Source: Coriobacteriales bacterium (lineage in GTDB: Bacteria > Actinomycetota > Coriobacteriia > Coriobacteriales > UMGS124). Taken from it: DNA of 64,000 nt. Numbering within the stretch: the stretch's first letter is position 1; every line of letters starts with the position of its first letter. A program made the position numbers and the translations under genes. Where the stretch lies: positions 367 to 64,366 of the forward strand of contig JAFWFL010000093.1 in the NCBI GenBank assembly GCA_017515595.1, written 5' to 3'. Under the pieces are notes generated by a model. It saw only the letters and a program-made list of their open reading frames with translations, ran no database searches and was not told the DNA's origin. Positions 48,890 through 57,738 of this stretch are shown here, in pieces.

Positions 48890-51727
48890 ATGGCGTTAAA
48901 CACTAACGTTACACGTCGAAGCTTTGTCAAGATGGCAGCACTTGCCGGTGCGGCAGCTGCAATTGGCACGCAGATGACGGGCTCACTCATCGAGGCTCCT
49001 GCAGCATATGCAGATGAGGCCGAGGAAGTAAAGGTTGTAAAAACCTCTTGCCACGGCTGCATCCAAATGTGCCCCGCTCTTGCAACCATCAAGAACGGTG
49101 TCGTTGTAAAGCTTGAGGGCGACCCTGCAGCGCCCGAGAGCCGCGGATCATTCTGCATCAAGGGTCTCAACGAGCTCCACACCATGTACAGCCCAAGGCA
49201 CATCCTTCACCCGCTCAAGAGGGTCGGCGAGCGTGGCGGCACTGACTTTGAGGTCATCAGCTGGGATGAGGCTATTGAGCTTGCGGCTACCCAGATCAAG
49301 GATGCAATTGACAAGTATGGCAACTATGCATTCTTCAGCTCGGTAGGCGGCGGCGGTTCGTTCTCGTTCATCGAGGCTATGACCATTAACATGGCATTTG
49401 GTTCACCCACCGTTTTTGAGCCCGGCTGCGCACAGTGCTACCTGCCGCGTTGGTCACTTTCAAAGCTCTTCTACGGCGGCGACGACCAGTCAATCGCTGA
49501 CAACGCTGTTCAGGAAATCTTCAAGGTTGAAGACAACAAGACCGAGGTTGTTGTTCTTTGGGCAGCTCAGCCTTCAGTTTCTGAGACCGCAGAGTCCGGC
49601 CGTGGTATGGCCGAACTCAAGGCAATGGGCGCTAAGACCATTGTTGTTGACCCCAACTTCTCACCCGACGCCGCAAAGGCAGACGTCTGGCTGAGTGTTC
49701 GTCCCGGCACCGACACAGGCCTTTGCCTCTCATGGTACCGCTACATCTTCGAGAACAAGCTGTATGACGAGCAGTTCACCAAGTACTGGACCAACCTGCC
49801 GTTCCTTATTGATCCCGACACCAAGCTTCCGGTCAAGGCTCAGGAGCTCTTCCCTGATTTCAAGCAGAGCACCCCTGCCAACACCCCGGCTTATGTCTGC
49901 TTCGACCTCAAGACCGGCGCAGTTGCTCCGTTTGAGTACAGCGCACCCGAGAATTCCGCCGTCGATCCCGAGATCTTCTGGGAGGGCGAGTTCAACGGCA
50001 AGACCTACAAGACTGCCGGCCAGATTTACAAGGATGAGGCTGAGCCCTGGACCCTCGAGCATGCTGAGGAAGTATGCTGGGTACCTGCAGACCTCAACGA
50101 GGAAGCAATCAAGCTTTACACCAGCCTCAACGGCGGTATTGCTAACGGCGTAGCCCTCGACATGACCGAGTCCGCCTCTCAAATCCCGCTGGGTCTCATG
50201 GGCCTCGACTCCATCATGGGCCGCATCAACAAGCCGGGCGTTACCATGACCCAGAAGGGTATGGCCTCCATTCCTGTTTCTCGTCCTATCACCAAGCACA
50301 ACGGCTTTGGCGGTATGTTCTCCGACATGTACGGCTGCGGCGCAGTTGTCGGTATGTCTGACGAAGAGAACGAGGAGCGCGCAAAGCAGCTTGCCGAGAC
50401 CAGGCCGCAGGCTCTCTACAACCAGATTCTTTACGATCGCCTCGGCATGAAGAACCACAAGGGTCTCTATGCTTGGTGCCACAGCCACATCCCGACCGTC
50501 CGCGAAGCCATCGCCACCGGCGAGCCTTACAAGCCTCGCGTTTGGTTCGATATGTCCGGCAACAAGCTCGCCATGCTCGGCAATGCCAAGAGCTGGTATG
50601 ATGTATTCCCCGAGGTTGACTTCATCATCGCTCAGTACCCGATGCTGACCTCCTTCCAGATCGAAGCTGCAGACCTCGTCTTCCCGTGCCGCGAGTGGCT
50701 TGAGGAGCCCATGGTCAACATGACCCAGCTCGGCACCCAGTGGCTGCAGAACGAGTGCACCCACATTGGTGAGACCGTATCTCACGGCATCCCCGGCGCA
50801 CAGGTCATCGCCAAGGTACAGGAAATGTACGGCGGCTCCATCCCCAACGGTCTTGAGATGGCACCCGGCGTTTCTGCTTACATGGGCCAGCCCAACGAGG
50901 CTGCTGTCAAGAAGAGCGTAGCCAACACCCTTGGCGCTCCCGACTGGGAGACCCTCCAGGCCAACATCGAAGCCTTTGTACCTCGTATTCCTGAGGGCTA
51001 TTGGCAATACAACCAGCATGAGGTTATTGTTGACGACGGTCTGCCCGCAGGCTTCGCAACCGAGTCCCGTAAGATCGAAGTTTACTGCCAGATCCTTATT
51101 AAGTGCGCCTGCACCGGTTACCCGTTCTGCTACCCGATGCCTCAGGAGCCCTGCGAGGACTACAGCCCCATCTGCAAGTTCATCGAGCCCTGCGAGTCCC
51201 CTGTCAACGACGAAGCCAACGGCGAGGGTGGCCAGTATCCGTTCGTACTTACTTCAGGACGTCTGCCTTACTTCCATCATGGCACCATGCGTCACGCTGC
51301 GTTCAGCCGTGAGCTTTACCCGATTCCTGATGTTAAGATCAACCCCAAGGCCGCAGCCGAGCTTGGCATTGAGCATGGCGAGTGGATCAAGGTCATCAGC
51401 CGTCGTGGCGAGATTTCCGGCCGTGCATACCTCACCGAGGGCGTAGCTCCCGGCGTTGTTTGGATGGAGCGCTTCTGGAACCCCGAGTGCTTCGACGAGA
51501 GTGTTCCCAAAGAGAACCGCACTGCCGGCTGGCGTGAGTGCAACGTCAACGTTCTTACCAAGAACACCGCCCCGTTCAACGAGGTCTATGGTTCATACAC
51601 CAACCGTGGCTTCACCGTACGTATTGAGAAGGGCGAAAAGCCTGCCAACGTTTGGGTAGAGCCCAAGGAGTTTGCACCGTTCCTGCCGACTCTCCAGAAC
51701 GAGCCCGTTACTCCGGACGTATTCTAA
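48890..51727 (+). CDS. molybdopterin (bis-MGD) oxidoreductase catalytic subunit, Tat-exported (DMSO reductase superfamily)
   Basis: Twin-arginine signal MALNTNVTRRSFVKMAALAGAAAAIG...AYA. N-terminal 4Fe-4S motif CHGCIQMCP...(27)...C. Size 945 aa. GAGGGAGGA Shine-Dalgarno. Confidence 0.9.
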   Translation: MALNTNVTRRSFVKMAALAGAAAAIGTQMTGSLIEAPAAYADEAEEVKVVKTSCHGCIQMCPALATIKNGVVVKLEGDPAAPESRGSFCIKGLNELHTMYSPRHILHPLKRVGERGGTDFEVISWDEAIELAATQIKDAIDKYGNYAFFSSVGGGGSFSFIEAMTINMAFGSPTVFEPGCAQCYLPRWSLSKLFYGGDDQSIADNAVQEIFKVEDNKTEVVVLWAAQPSVSETAESGRGMAELKAMGAKTIVVDPNFSPDAAKADVWLSVRPGTDTGLCLSWYRYIFENKLYDEQFTKYWTNLPFLIDPDTKLPVKAQELFPDFKQSTPANTPAYVCFDLKTGAVAPFEYSAPENSAVDPEIFWEGEFNGKTYKTAGQIYKDEAEPWTLEHAEEVCWVPADLNEEAIKLYTSLNGGIANGVALDMTESASQIPLGLMGLDSIMGRINKPGVTMTQKGMASIPVSRPITKHNGFGGMFSDMYGCGAVVGMSDEENEERAKQLAETRPQALYNQILYDRLGMKNHKGLYAWCHSHIPTVREAIATGEPYKPRVWFDMSGNKLAMLGNAKSWYDVFPEVDFIIAQYPMLTSFQIEAADLVFPCREWLEEPMVNMTQLGTQWLQNECTHIGETVSHGIPGAQVIAKVQEMYGGSIPNGLEMAPGVSAYMGQPNEAAVKKSVANTLGAPDWETLQANIEAFVPRIPEGYWQYNQHEVIVDDGLPAGFATESRKIEVYCQILIKCACTGYPFCYPMPQEPCEDYSPICKFIEPCESPVNDEANGEGGQYPFVLTSGRLPYFHHGTMRHAAFSRELYPIPDVKINPKAAAELGIEHGEWIKVISRRGEISGRAYLTEGVAPGVVWMERFWNPECFDESVPKENRTAGWRECNVNVLTKNTAPFNEVYGSYTNRGFTVRIEKGEKPANVWVEPKEFAPFLPTLQNEPVTPDVF

Positions 51728-51744
51728 GAAGGGTGTGATTCTGA

Positions 51745-52329
51745 ATGAGAAATTGTTTGGTCATTGATCTTGACCGCTGCACCGGCTGCGACTCTTGCGT
51801 AGCTGCCTGCAAGCATGAGAATAATGTTTCACTTGGTATTTACTGGAACCGCGTTAACGTAGTCGGTCCTTCCGGCGAGTGGCCCCGCATTGAGGGTTAT
51901 TGGCTTCCTACCCAGTGCCAGCAGTGCGAAAACGCTGCCTGCGAAGCTGCCTGCCCCACCGGCGCAACTTACCGCGATGAGAAGTACGGCCTTATCCTCA
52001 TCGACAAAGAGAAGTGCATTGGCTGCCAGTCCTGCATTGAGGCATGCCCCTTTGGCGCACGTACCTACAATGAGGAACTCAACATTGTTGAGAAGTGCAC
52101 CTGCTGCGTACAGCGCCTTGATGCCGGCGAGAAGCCCGCATGCGTACACAACTGCTGCACCGGCGCCCGTCTGTTTGGCGATCTTGATGATCCCGAGAGC
52201 GACGTTGCCAAGGCAATCGCTGCTGCCGGCGAAGAGAACATTCACTGGCTGCCCGATGCTTACGGCGCAAGCCCGCGTACCTGCTACATCCTCCATGCCA
52301 GCACTGCTACTTGGAAGGAACTTGCGTAA
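51745..52329 (+). CDS. 4Fe-4S ferredoxin-type electron-transfer subunit (DmsB-like, four clusters)
   Basis: CTGCDSCVAACK, CQQCENAACEAACP, CIGCQSCIEACP and CTCC...C motifs. Confidence 0.9.
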   Translation: MRNCLVIDLDRCTGCDSCVAACKHENNVSLGIYWNRVNVVGPSGEWPRIEGYWLPTQCQQCENAACEAACPTGATYRDEKYGLILIDKEKCIGCQSCIEACPFGARTYNEELNIVEKCTCCVQRLDAGEKPACVHNCCTGARLFGDLDDPESDVAKAIAAAGEENIHWLPDAYGASPRTCYILHASTATWKELA

Positions 52330-53183
52330 TGAGTGCTCAGTGGCCACAGTTGCTCTATAGCCTGCTTGTTTGTTTTGGCAGCGGAACGTTAGCGTTTTTG
52401 GGCATTTCTGAGGTCACGGCATCAGCTCACCGTTCTCGCAAAGCCGTTGCAATAGCGGCGGCTTTGCTCCTGCTTTTGGGCGGGGTGGCATTGGTAGTCT
52501 CTCGAGGCGACATTAACGCTGTCATTAGTATGATGAACGGCGCCACAAGAGGCAACTTCAAGTCTCTTGCTATTGTGGGAACAATTTTAAGTCTCTTTGT
52601 TGCAATCGCATATACCATTGTTATATTCAGAGCTGATTCCTATGCTGATGAAGACGAAGATGCTGACACCGGCACCGCAGGTAAAATACTGGGCATCATT
52701 GCTTTAATTTTTGGCATTGCGCTCCCTGTACTTATGGGTCTGGCTGATGCTCCCGTTCGTGTCCCGTGGACCAAGTGGGCGGCTCCTCTTGCATATCTTG
52801 GCAATGCTCTTGCCATGGGAGGAACTCTCGCTGTGAGCATCATTGCATTGGGCAAGTCCGAAATCCGCGAGTTCTCGCGCTATTCACTGCTTGCTCTTGT
52901 TGCTGTCGCATTGCAAACCGCATTCTTTGCAATATTTGCAGGAAACGCCGGCTTTGCGTTTGACGCCCTTACATTCTGGGGTGGCGTGGTTGTTATTGGC
53001 TGTGTTATACCTCTTGTATGCATGGCCATGGCACCAAAAATACGCACGCTTGTTTTTGTTGCAACCATAGGCACCGTCATTGGCGGCATATGCATCAGGC
53101 TTCTTATGCAAGCCCTTGCAGCAGGCAATCCCGGCCTCAATCTGATCTTTGCTGCAACGCAGCACGCATCTCTTGTGGGTTAG
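52329..53183 (+). CDS. DmsC-like integral-membrane anchor (quinol-interacting) subunit
   Basis: About 8 predicted hydrophobic helices. Start overlaps the previous stop (TAATG). Occupies the third position of an A-B-C operon. Confidence 0.7.
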   Translation: MSAQWPQLLYSLLVCFGSGTLAFLGISEVTASAHRSRKAVAIAAALLLLLGGVALVVSRGDINAVISMMNGATRGNFKSLAIVGTILSLFVAIAYTIVIFRADSYADEDEDADTGTAGKILGIIALIFGIALPVLMGLADAPVRVPWTKWAAPLAYLGNALAMGGTLAVSIIALGKSEIREFSRYSLLALVAVALQTAFFAIFAGNAGFAFDALTFWGGVVVIGCVIPLVCMAMAPKIRTLVFVATIGTVIGGICIRLLMQALAAGNPGLNLIFAATQHASLVG

Positions 53184-53208
53184 GTAAAGCACAAAGCCCT
53201 GTGTTTTG

Positions 53209-53246
53209 AGCCCGCCTGCCCAACGCAAAGGGCGGGCGGGCTTTTT
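53209..53246 (+). terminator. rho-independent terminator of molybdoenzyme operon
   Basis: AGCCCGCCTGCCC / GGGCGGGCGGGCT GC-rich stem followed by TTTTTAAG. Confidence 0.75.
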
Positions 53247-53284
53247 AAGAATTACCAAAAAGTTTTTAAGTTAGGAGACACTGT

Positions 53285-54016
53285 ATGAACGACGAGAAAA
53301 ACGCTGAAACCATAGTAGAAAACATTGAGGAATTACCGGTATCCGAGCAGATTGCGTCTGCTCTCGAGGCACGTGCCGTGTTTTATGAGACGCTTTCTTC
53401 TTTGTATTTCCAACCGCTTAAACAGGCAGATATCGATAACATGGCTGCAGCGGATTTCTCGGTTTATGCTGATCTCAATGAGGATTTTGCCGACGGTGTG
53501 AACGATATCACCCGTTACCTGCGCAAGCGCAACACCGGTACACGAGATGAGCTCGCAGTAGACTTTACCGGAGCTTTTGCCGGCGTCAAAGCATACGGAA
53601 CCAAAACCGCCGTACCCTATAAGAGCGTTTTTACCAGCCGGGAAGGGCTTCTCTACCAGGAAGGCTATGTTGAGGTATTCCGCGCTTATAAAGCCGAGTG
53701 TGTAAAACGCCGTCCCGGCCTTGACTGGCCTGATGACCATCTCTCATTTATGTGCGAGTTCATGGCTTTGCTTTCGCGCCGCACAGCTGCCGCTCTTGCT
53801 GAGGGTAACAAAGAACAGGCCCTTCATGAGCTGCAAGTATCTAAGCAATTCTTAAACGACAATATTTTGAGCTGGTTCGGCAATTTTACCGATATTGCAA
53901 ACCATCTCCTAACCACCCGTTTTTACCGGGGTGTTATCAAGATCACTCGCGGCTTCTTTACGCTGGATCTAGAAACGCTTGATGATCTTATTGCTGAAAT
54001 CAGTGCATCGGATTAA
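53285..54016 (+). CDS. TorD/DmsD-family redox-enzyme maturation chaperone
   Basis: Family pattern FYETLSSLYFQP..., PYKSVFTS and WPDDHLSFMCEFMALL (the DH-containing helix conserved in TorD-like proteins). Confidence 0.75.
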   Translation: MNDEKNAETIVENIEELPVSEQIASALEARAVFYETLSSLYFQPLKQADIDNMAAADFSVYADLNEDFADGVNDITRYLRKRNTGTRDELAVDFTGAFAGVKAYGTKTAVPYKSVFTSREGLLYQEGYVEVFRAYKAECVKRRPGLDWPDDHLSFMCEFMALLSRRTAAALAEGNKEQALHELQVSKQFLNDNILSWFGNFTDIANHLLTTRFYRGVIKITRGFFTLDLETLDDLIAEISASD

Positions 54017-54074
54017 ATTTCATGTTACAATCTCCTTGAGGGGGGTAAAACCTCGACCAAGGGAGCAAAACCTG

Positions 54075-55661
54075 ATGCATACTACTGCGCACTCGCAGAT
54101 ACATTCTCGATACTTGTGGCTTACTGACGGTCTCACAGCAATGTGGCCGTCATTGCCTTTTATGTCGCTTGGTGTGTGGTGGGCCTGGACATCGCTTACT
54201 TTCAGCGGTTCTCTCTGGTTGTCTGACAATGAGATAAACGGTGCATGGCTCTCGAATCTGTTTACCGTCTCAACACTGAGCTTTGCTGTGGTGTTTTTGC
54301 TGGCTGCCTTCCTTGCGCAGCGCGGGCATCTTCAGCAGCCCATGAGCAACAAACTGGTCATGGGTTCGGGAATCATTGCAGGTATCGGGTGTTTGCTCAT
54401 TATATTGGCCGGTCCTTATTACCTTGCTCAAGTAGTTAGCAATACCTATATTTTCTTTTATGCAGGCGCTGTTCTGAGCGGAGTCGGAACAAGTCTCGTT
54501 TCACTTAAATGCGGCATACTCTACGGCATGCTTCCGCCGCGCCGCGCCCTTGCATATGCTGCGCTTTCGCTGCTTGTGTGTGCATTTATCTATTTTGCCG
54601 TATTTGCCATGCCCAAGTGGACACCCATTGAACACGGCCCCACTTTCGCTAATATTTTGGTCTTTTGCCTGCTTCCAATTGTCGCCGCACTTTTGGCATG
54701 CATTCCCGTCCCTAAAAACTCAAATGCAAATCCGGAAGTTCTCACCTATGAAGCCAATGTGCATAAGCTGCCCGGTTCGTTTGCCAAGTTTGTAGTGTTC
54801 TCTTTCTTTTTGTGCTTTATTGTTACCATGATTCGCTCGGCAGTAGTTACAACACATGCCCTTGCAACTACTGTTGAGGGCAACAACATTATTATGCTTT
54901 TGCGTGTTGTACTTGCTTTTGCATTCATTTTATACAGCGTGCGTTCTGATGCGCATGGCATATCGCTTGGCAAACTCTGCTCGCTCGTAGCTGTTTACTC
55001 GGCAATTATAATTGCTCTCATCGCAGCACTTGGCGGTATTAACAATGCATGGAGCGTTGTGGTTTATTTCGCGGCCTCCCTGTTTGAGTTCCTCATGTGG
55101 TGTTTGCTTGCGTTTGTTGTCGCTCAAAAGCGTGTTGCTCCCATAACGGTTTTTGGATTTGGACGCGGCTTCTTTATGCTTGGTTGCGGCTTAGGCTGGA
55201 TGGTGGGCAGCATCGTAGAGCCTTTTATTATAGAGGACTCATATGCAATCGTCGTATATATTATTCTTGCCGGCATCATGCTGCTTCTCGCTCTTGGTCT
55301 GTTTAGCGAACGCGATTTTGAACGCCTGTTTTCTCCGGTAAGCGAAGACGAGCTGTCACTCGAAGACCTCTTTGATATCGAAGCACGCGATGCAGCTGAA
55401 GCCGAGGCCAAGCGTGCCGAGAAACGCGGCCGGTTCTCAAGAGCTATTGAAAATATCTCGCAAACATATGCGCTTTCTTCGCGCGAATCTGACACCTTAA
55501 GATGTCTTGCCATGGGCTACGGAAGCGAGCGCATGGCCGAGACCATGGGGGTCAAAGTAAACACCGCTCGCGCACATACCCACAACGTCTACGTAAAGCT
55601 TGGTGTCCACTCACGTGAAGAACTCATGCTACTCGTAGATAATGTAGTCGCCGAATTATGA
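54075..55661 (+). CDS. polytopic-membrane LuxR-family transcriptional regulator
   Basis: About 10-12 hydrophobic helices followed by a C-terminal LuxR HTH (LSSRESDTLRCLAMGYGSERMAETMGVKVNTARAHTHNVYVKLGV). GGGAG Shine-Dalgarno before the ATG at 54075. Confidence 0.8.
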   Translation: MHTTAHSQIHSRYLWLTDGLTAMWPSLPFMSLGVWWAWTSLTFSGSLWLSDNEINGAWLSNLFTVSTLSFAVVFLLAAFLAQRGHLQQPMSNKLVMGSGIIAGIGCLLIILAGPYYLAQVVSNTYIFFYAGAVLSGVGTSLVSLKCGILYGMLPPRRALAYAALSLLVCAFIYFAVFAMPKWTPIEHGPTFANILVFCLLPIVAALLACIPVPKNSNANPEVLTYEANVHKLPGSFAKFVVFSFFLCFIVTMIRSAVVTTHALATTVEGNNIIMLLRVVLAFAFILYSVRSDAHGISLGKLCSLVAVYSAIIIALIAALGGINNAWSVVVYFAASLFEFLMWCLLAFVVAQKRVAPITVFGFGRGFFMLGCGLGWMVGSIVEPFIIEDSYAIVVYIILAGIMLLLALGLFSERDFERLFSPVSEDELSLEDLFDIEARDAAEAEAKRAEKRGRFSRAIENISQTYALSSRESDTLRCLAMGYGSERMAETMGVKVNTARAHTHNVYVKLGVHSREELMLLVDNVVAEL

Positions 55662-55750
55662 TCGCGCATAATAAACCGTTCAAGTAACGAAACAGTGTGC
55701 TATTATGTAATCTGTGCCCGATTGTAACCATGGGAGAGGAGAGCCCCATC

Positions 55751-56467
55751 GTGCGGCAACCTAAAGATCAAATAATGGAACCTGTGGCATCAAATAATGT
55801 TGAGGAGAGCATTAATAACACAGGTTCAGCAAGTGTATTGCAAAAAAACGGTCTCACGCGACGTGACTTACTTTGGTGCGCCGGCGGAGCCGCAGTAACG
55901 CTGGGACTGGGAGCTGCCATCAAGGCGTTTGGAAGCGAAGATGTTCTGAGGCCACCCGGAGGTCAGAATGAAGACCGTCTCCTTGCGTTGTGTCTTCGCT
56001 GCCAAAAATGCACAGAAGCATGTCCCAGACACGCGATTGTACCTCTTGGAACCGAATCAGGCTTTATAACCATGCGCACGCCCACCATGGATTATCATCT
56101 GGGTGATTGTGACTATTGTGTTGAAGAAAACGACGGAATTCCACTTTGTGTAGCGGCTTGCCCAACAGAGGCTCTGCATTTGGGCGAAGAAGCTACCCGC
56201 AATAATACCGTTATTGGCGAACCGTTGCTTATCAAAAACTGGTGCCTTGCTTACCGCCTGACACGCTGCAGAGACTGTTATGACGTTTGCAAACTCGATG
56301 CCATTAGACTCGACAGCGCAGACCGCCCTCATATTGAGTGGGATAAGTGCAACGGATGCGGTGAATGCGAACACGTATGCAGGTCAATGACCGCAGGCAC
56401 ACCGGTTCCCGGAGCAACACACCGCGCCATTATTATTGTTCCTATGGGCCAAGGCGGAGAGATGTAA
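55751..56467 (+). CDS. Tat-signal 4Fe-4S ferredoxin (NapG-like)
   Basis: RRDLLWCAGGAAVTLGLGAAIKAFG twin-arginine signal. Four Cys clusters (CLRCQKCTEACP, CDYC...CVAACP, CRDCYDVC, CNGCGECEHVC). GTG at 55751 lies 7 nt after GGAGAGGAGAG. The start is uncertain. Confidence 0.7.
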   Translation: MRQPKDQIMEPVASNNVEESINNTGSASVLQKNGLTRRDLLWCAGGAAVTLGLGAAIKAFGSEDVLRPPGGQNEDRLLALCLRCQKCTEACPRHAIVPLGTESGFITMRTPTMDYHLGDCDYCVEENDGIPLCVAACPTEALHLGEEATRNNTVIGEPLLIKNWCLAYRLTRCRDCYDVCKLDAIRLDSADRPHIEWDKCNGCGECEHVCRSMTAGTPVPGATHRAIIIVPMGQGGEM

Positions 56468-56468
56468 C

Positions 56469-57563
56469 ATGGCAGAGAAAACAACAGAAACGCCTCTTGA
56501 ATCCGCTGATGCTCAAGAGACGCCAAAACAACCCAAAAAACCAGCTAAGAAAGCCGCCAAAAAACACGATAACCGGTCTCCGCTTTCTAAACTGAGAAGT
56601 TATACGCCGTTACTGGTTGTTCTCGTTTGCGCTATTGCCTTTGTCGCAAACGTACCGTTGGGCAATATATCATCGTTTGGCTGGGAGGCAATATCGGCCA
56701 TTTGCCCGGTAGGCTCGCTCTCGGTGTTTTTGGCAAGCAAAGTATTTGTACCGCGCATTCTCATTAGCCTGGTTATAGCCGTTGTTCTGATCCTGCTCTT
56801 TGGCAGAGCTTTTTGCTCGTGGATCTGCACGGTTCCTCTCGTACAAAAAATGCTCAATATACGCTCGATCAGCATCGAAGACCAGCGTAAAGATGCTAAA
56901 ATGCGTGAGCGCAAATCCAGGAAAAAGAATACAAACAAAAAAGCTTCAACCGAAGTAAATACTGTTGCGGAGGATGCAGATTCAGCGGTATCAGTCGCAT
57001 TGTCTCAAGAAGAGCGTGCAGAGATTTCGCAACAAATGGCACAGGTTGCCAATTCGCATGCCTGCGCTTTACATAGCCCCAAAAAATGGGATTCCCGTCA
57101 TGTTGTTTTGGGCGGCAGTCTGCTCTCGGCAGCAATATTCGGATTCCCGGTTTTTTGCCTGGTATGCCCCATAGGTCTTTCTTTTGCTACTGTTTATTTG
57201 GTATTACGTCTTTTTACCGGCCAGGTTTCTTGGGCTTTGGTTGTTGTTCCCGTCATGCTTTTAGCTGAGCTTTTGATCTTCCGCAAGTGGTGTTATAAGA
57301 TTTGCCCCGTGAGCGCCCTCATGTCACTCATCAGCTTTGGTAACAAAACCTTTGTTCCTCATATCAATAAAGATAAATGCATTGAAACCACTAAGGGCAA
57401 AACCTGCAGCCGTTGCAATACCGTATGCCCTGAGGGCATTAACCTCCACGATTATTCTGCGGGTAAGTTTGGTATCAACGATTGTATAAAATGCCGCCGC
57501 TGTGTTGACGCCTGTCCCACCAAAGCAATTACCATGCCCTTCCTCCCTCCTAAAGATGAGTAA
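56469..57563 (+). CDS. membrane-bound 4Fe-4S protein (NapH-like quinol dehydrogenase component)
   Basis: TM helices carrying CP-type motifs (ICPVGS, FCSWICTVP, FCLVCPIG, CYKICPV). C-terminal 2x[4Fe-4S] (CSRCNTVCP, CIKCRRCVDACP). Starts 2 nt after the upstream stop. Confidence 0.7.
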   Translation: MAEKTTETPLESADAQETPKQPKKPAKKAAKKHDNRSPLSKLRSYTPLLVVLVCAIAFVANVPLGNISSFGWEAISAICPVGSLSVFLASKVFVPRILISLVIAVVLILLFGRAFCSWICTVPLVQKMLNIRSISIEDQRKDAKMRERKSRKKNTNKKASTEVNTVAEDADSAVSVALSQEERAEISQQMAQVANSHACALHSPKKWDSRHVVLGGSLLSAAIFGFPVFCLVCPIGLSFATVYLVLRLFTGQVSWALVVVPVMLLAELLIFRKWCYKICPVSALMSLISFGNKTFVPHINKDKCIETTKGKTCSRCNTVCPEGINLHDYSAGKFGINDCIKCRRCVDACPTKAITMPFLPPKDE

Positions 57564-57572
57564 TAACAGCAC

Positions 57573-57713
57573 GTGCCTATTTTGCACATTGATGTGCAAA
57601 AAGAACACATAGACTATCTTTTTCAGAGCGAGTACTATAAAATTGTTCATTGTGCCTGATATGTGCCTGTATAGCACATTGATGTGCCAAAGGAACACAT
57701 ATGGTGATATGTG
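57573..57713. promoter_or_regulatory. two 39-bp direct repeats with embedded GCACAT-N2-ATGTGC palindromes plus an ACACATAT-N4-ATATGTGT palindrome (candidate operator array)
   Basis: 57573-57611 and 57663-57701 match at 33/39 with 90-bp spacing. A third palindrome lies at 57694-57713. All sit within 170 nt upstream of the flavoprotein start at 57739. Confidence 0.45.
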
Positions 57714-57738
57714 TATTTTCAAGAAGGGAGTATGCATT

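Noticed and set aside
49730-51019. Long antisense ORFs inside well-supported genes (429 aa opposite the molybdoenzyme; also 58765-59769, 2378-3070, 789-1364, 32679-33437, 62603-63190)
   Set aside because: These are shadow ORFs on the opposite strand of genes with clear family motifs. They have low-complexity or odd composition and no RBS.
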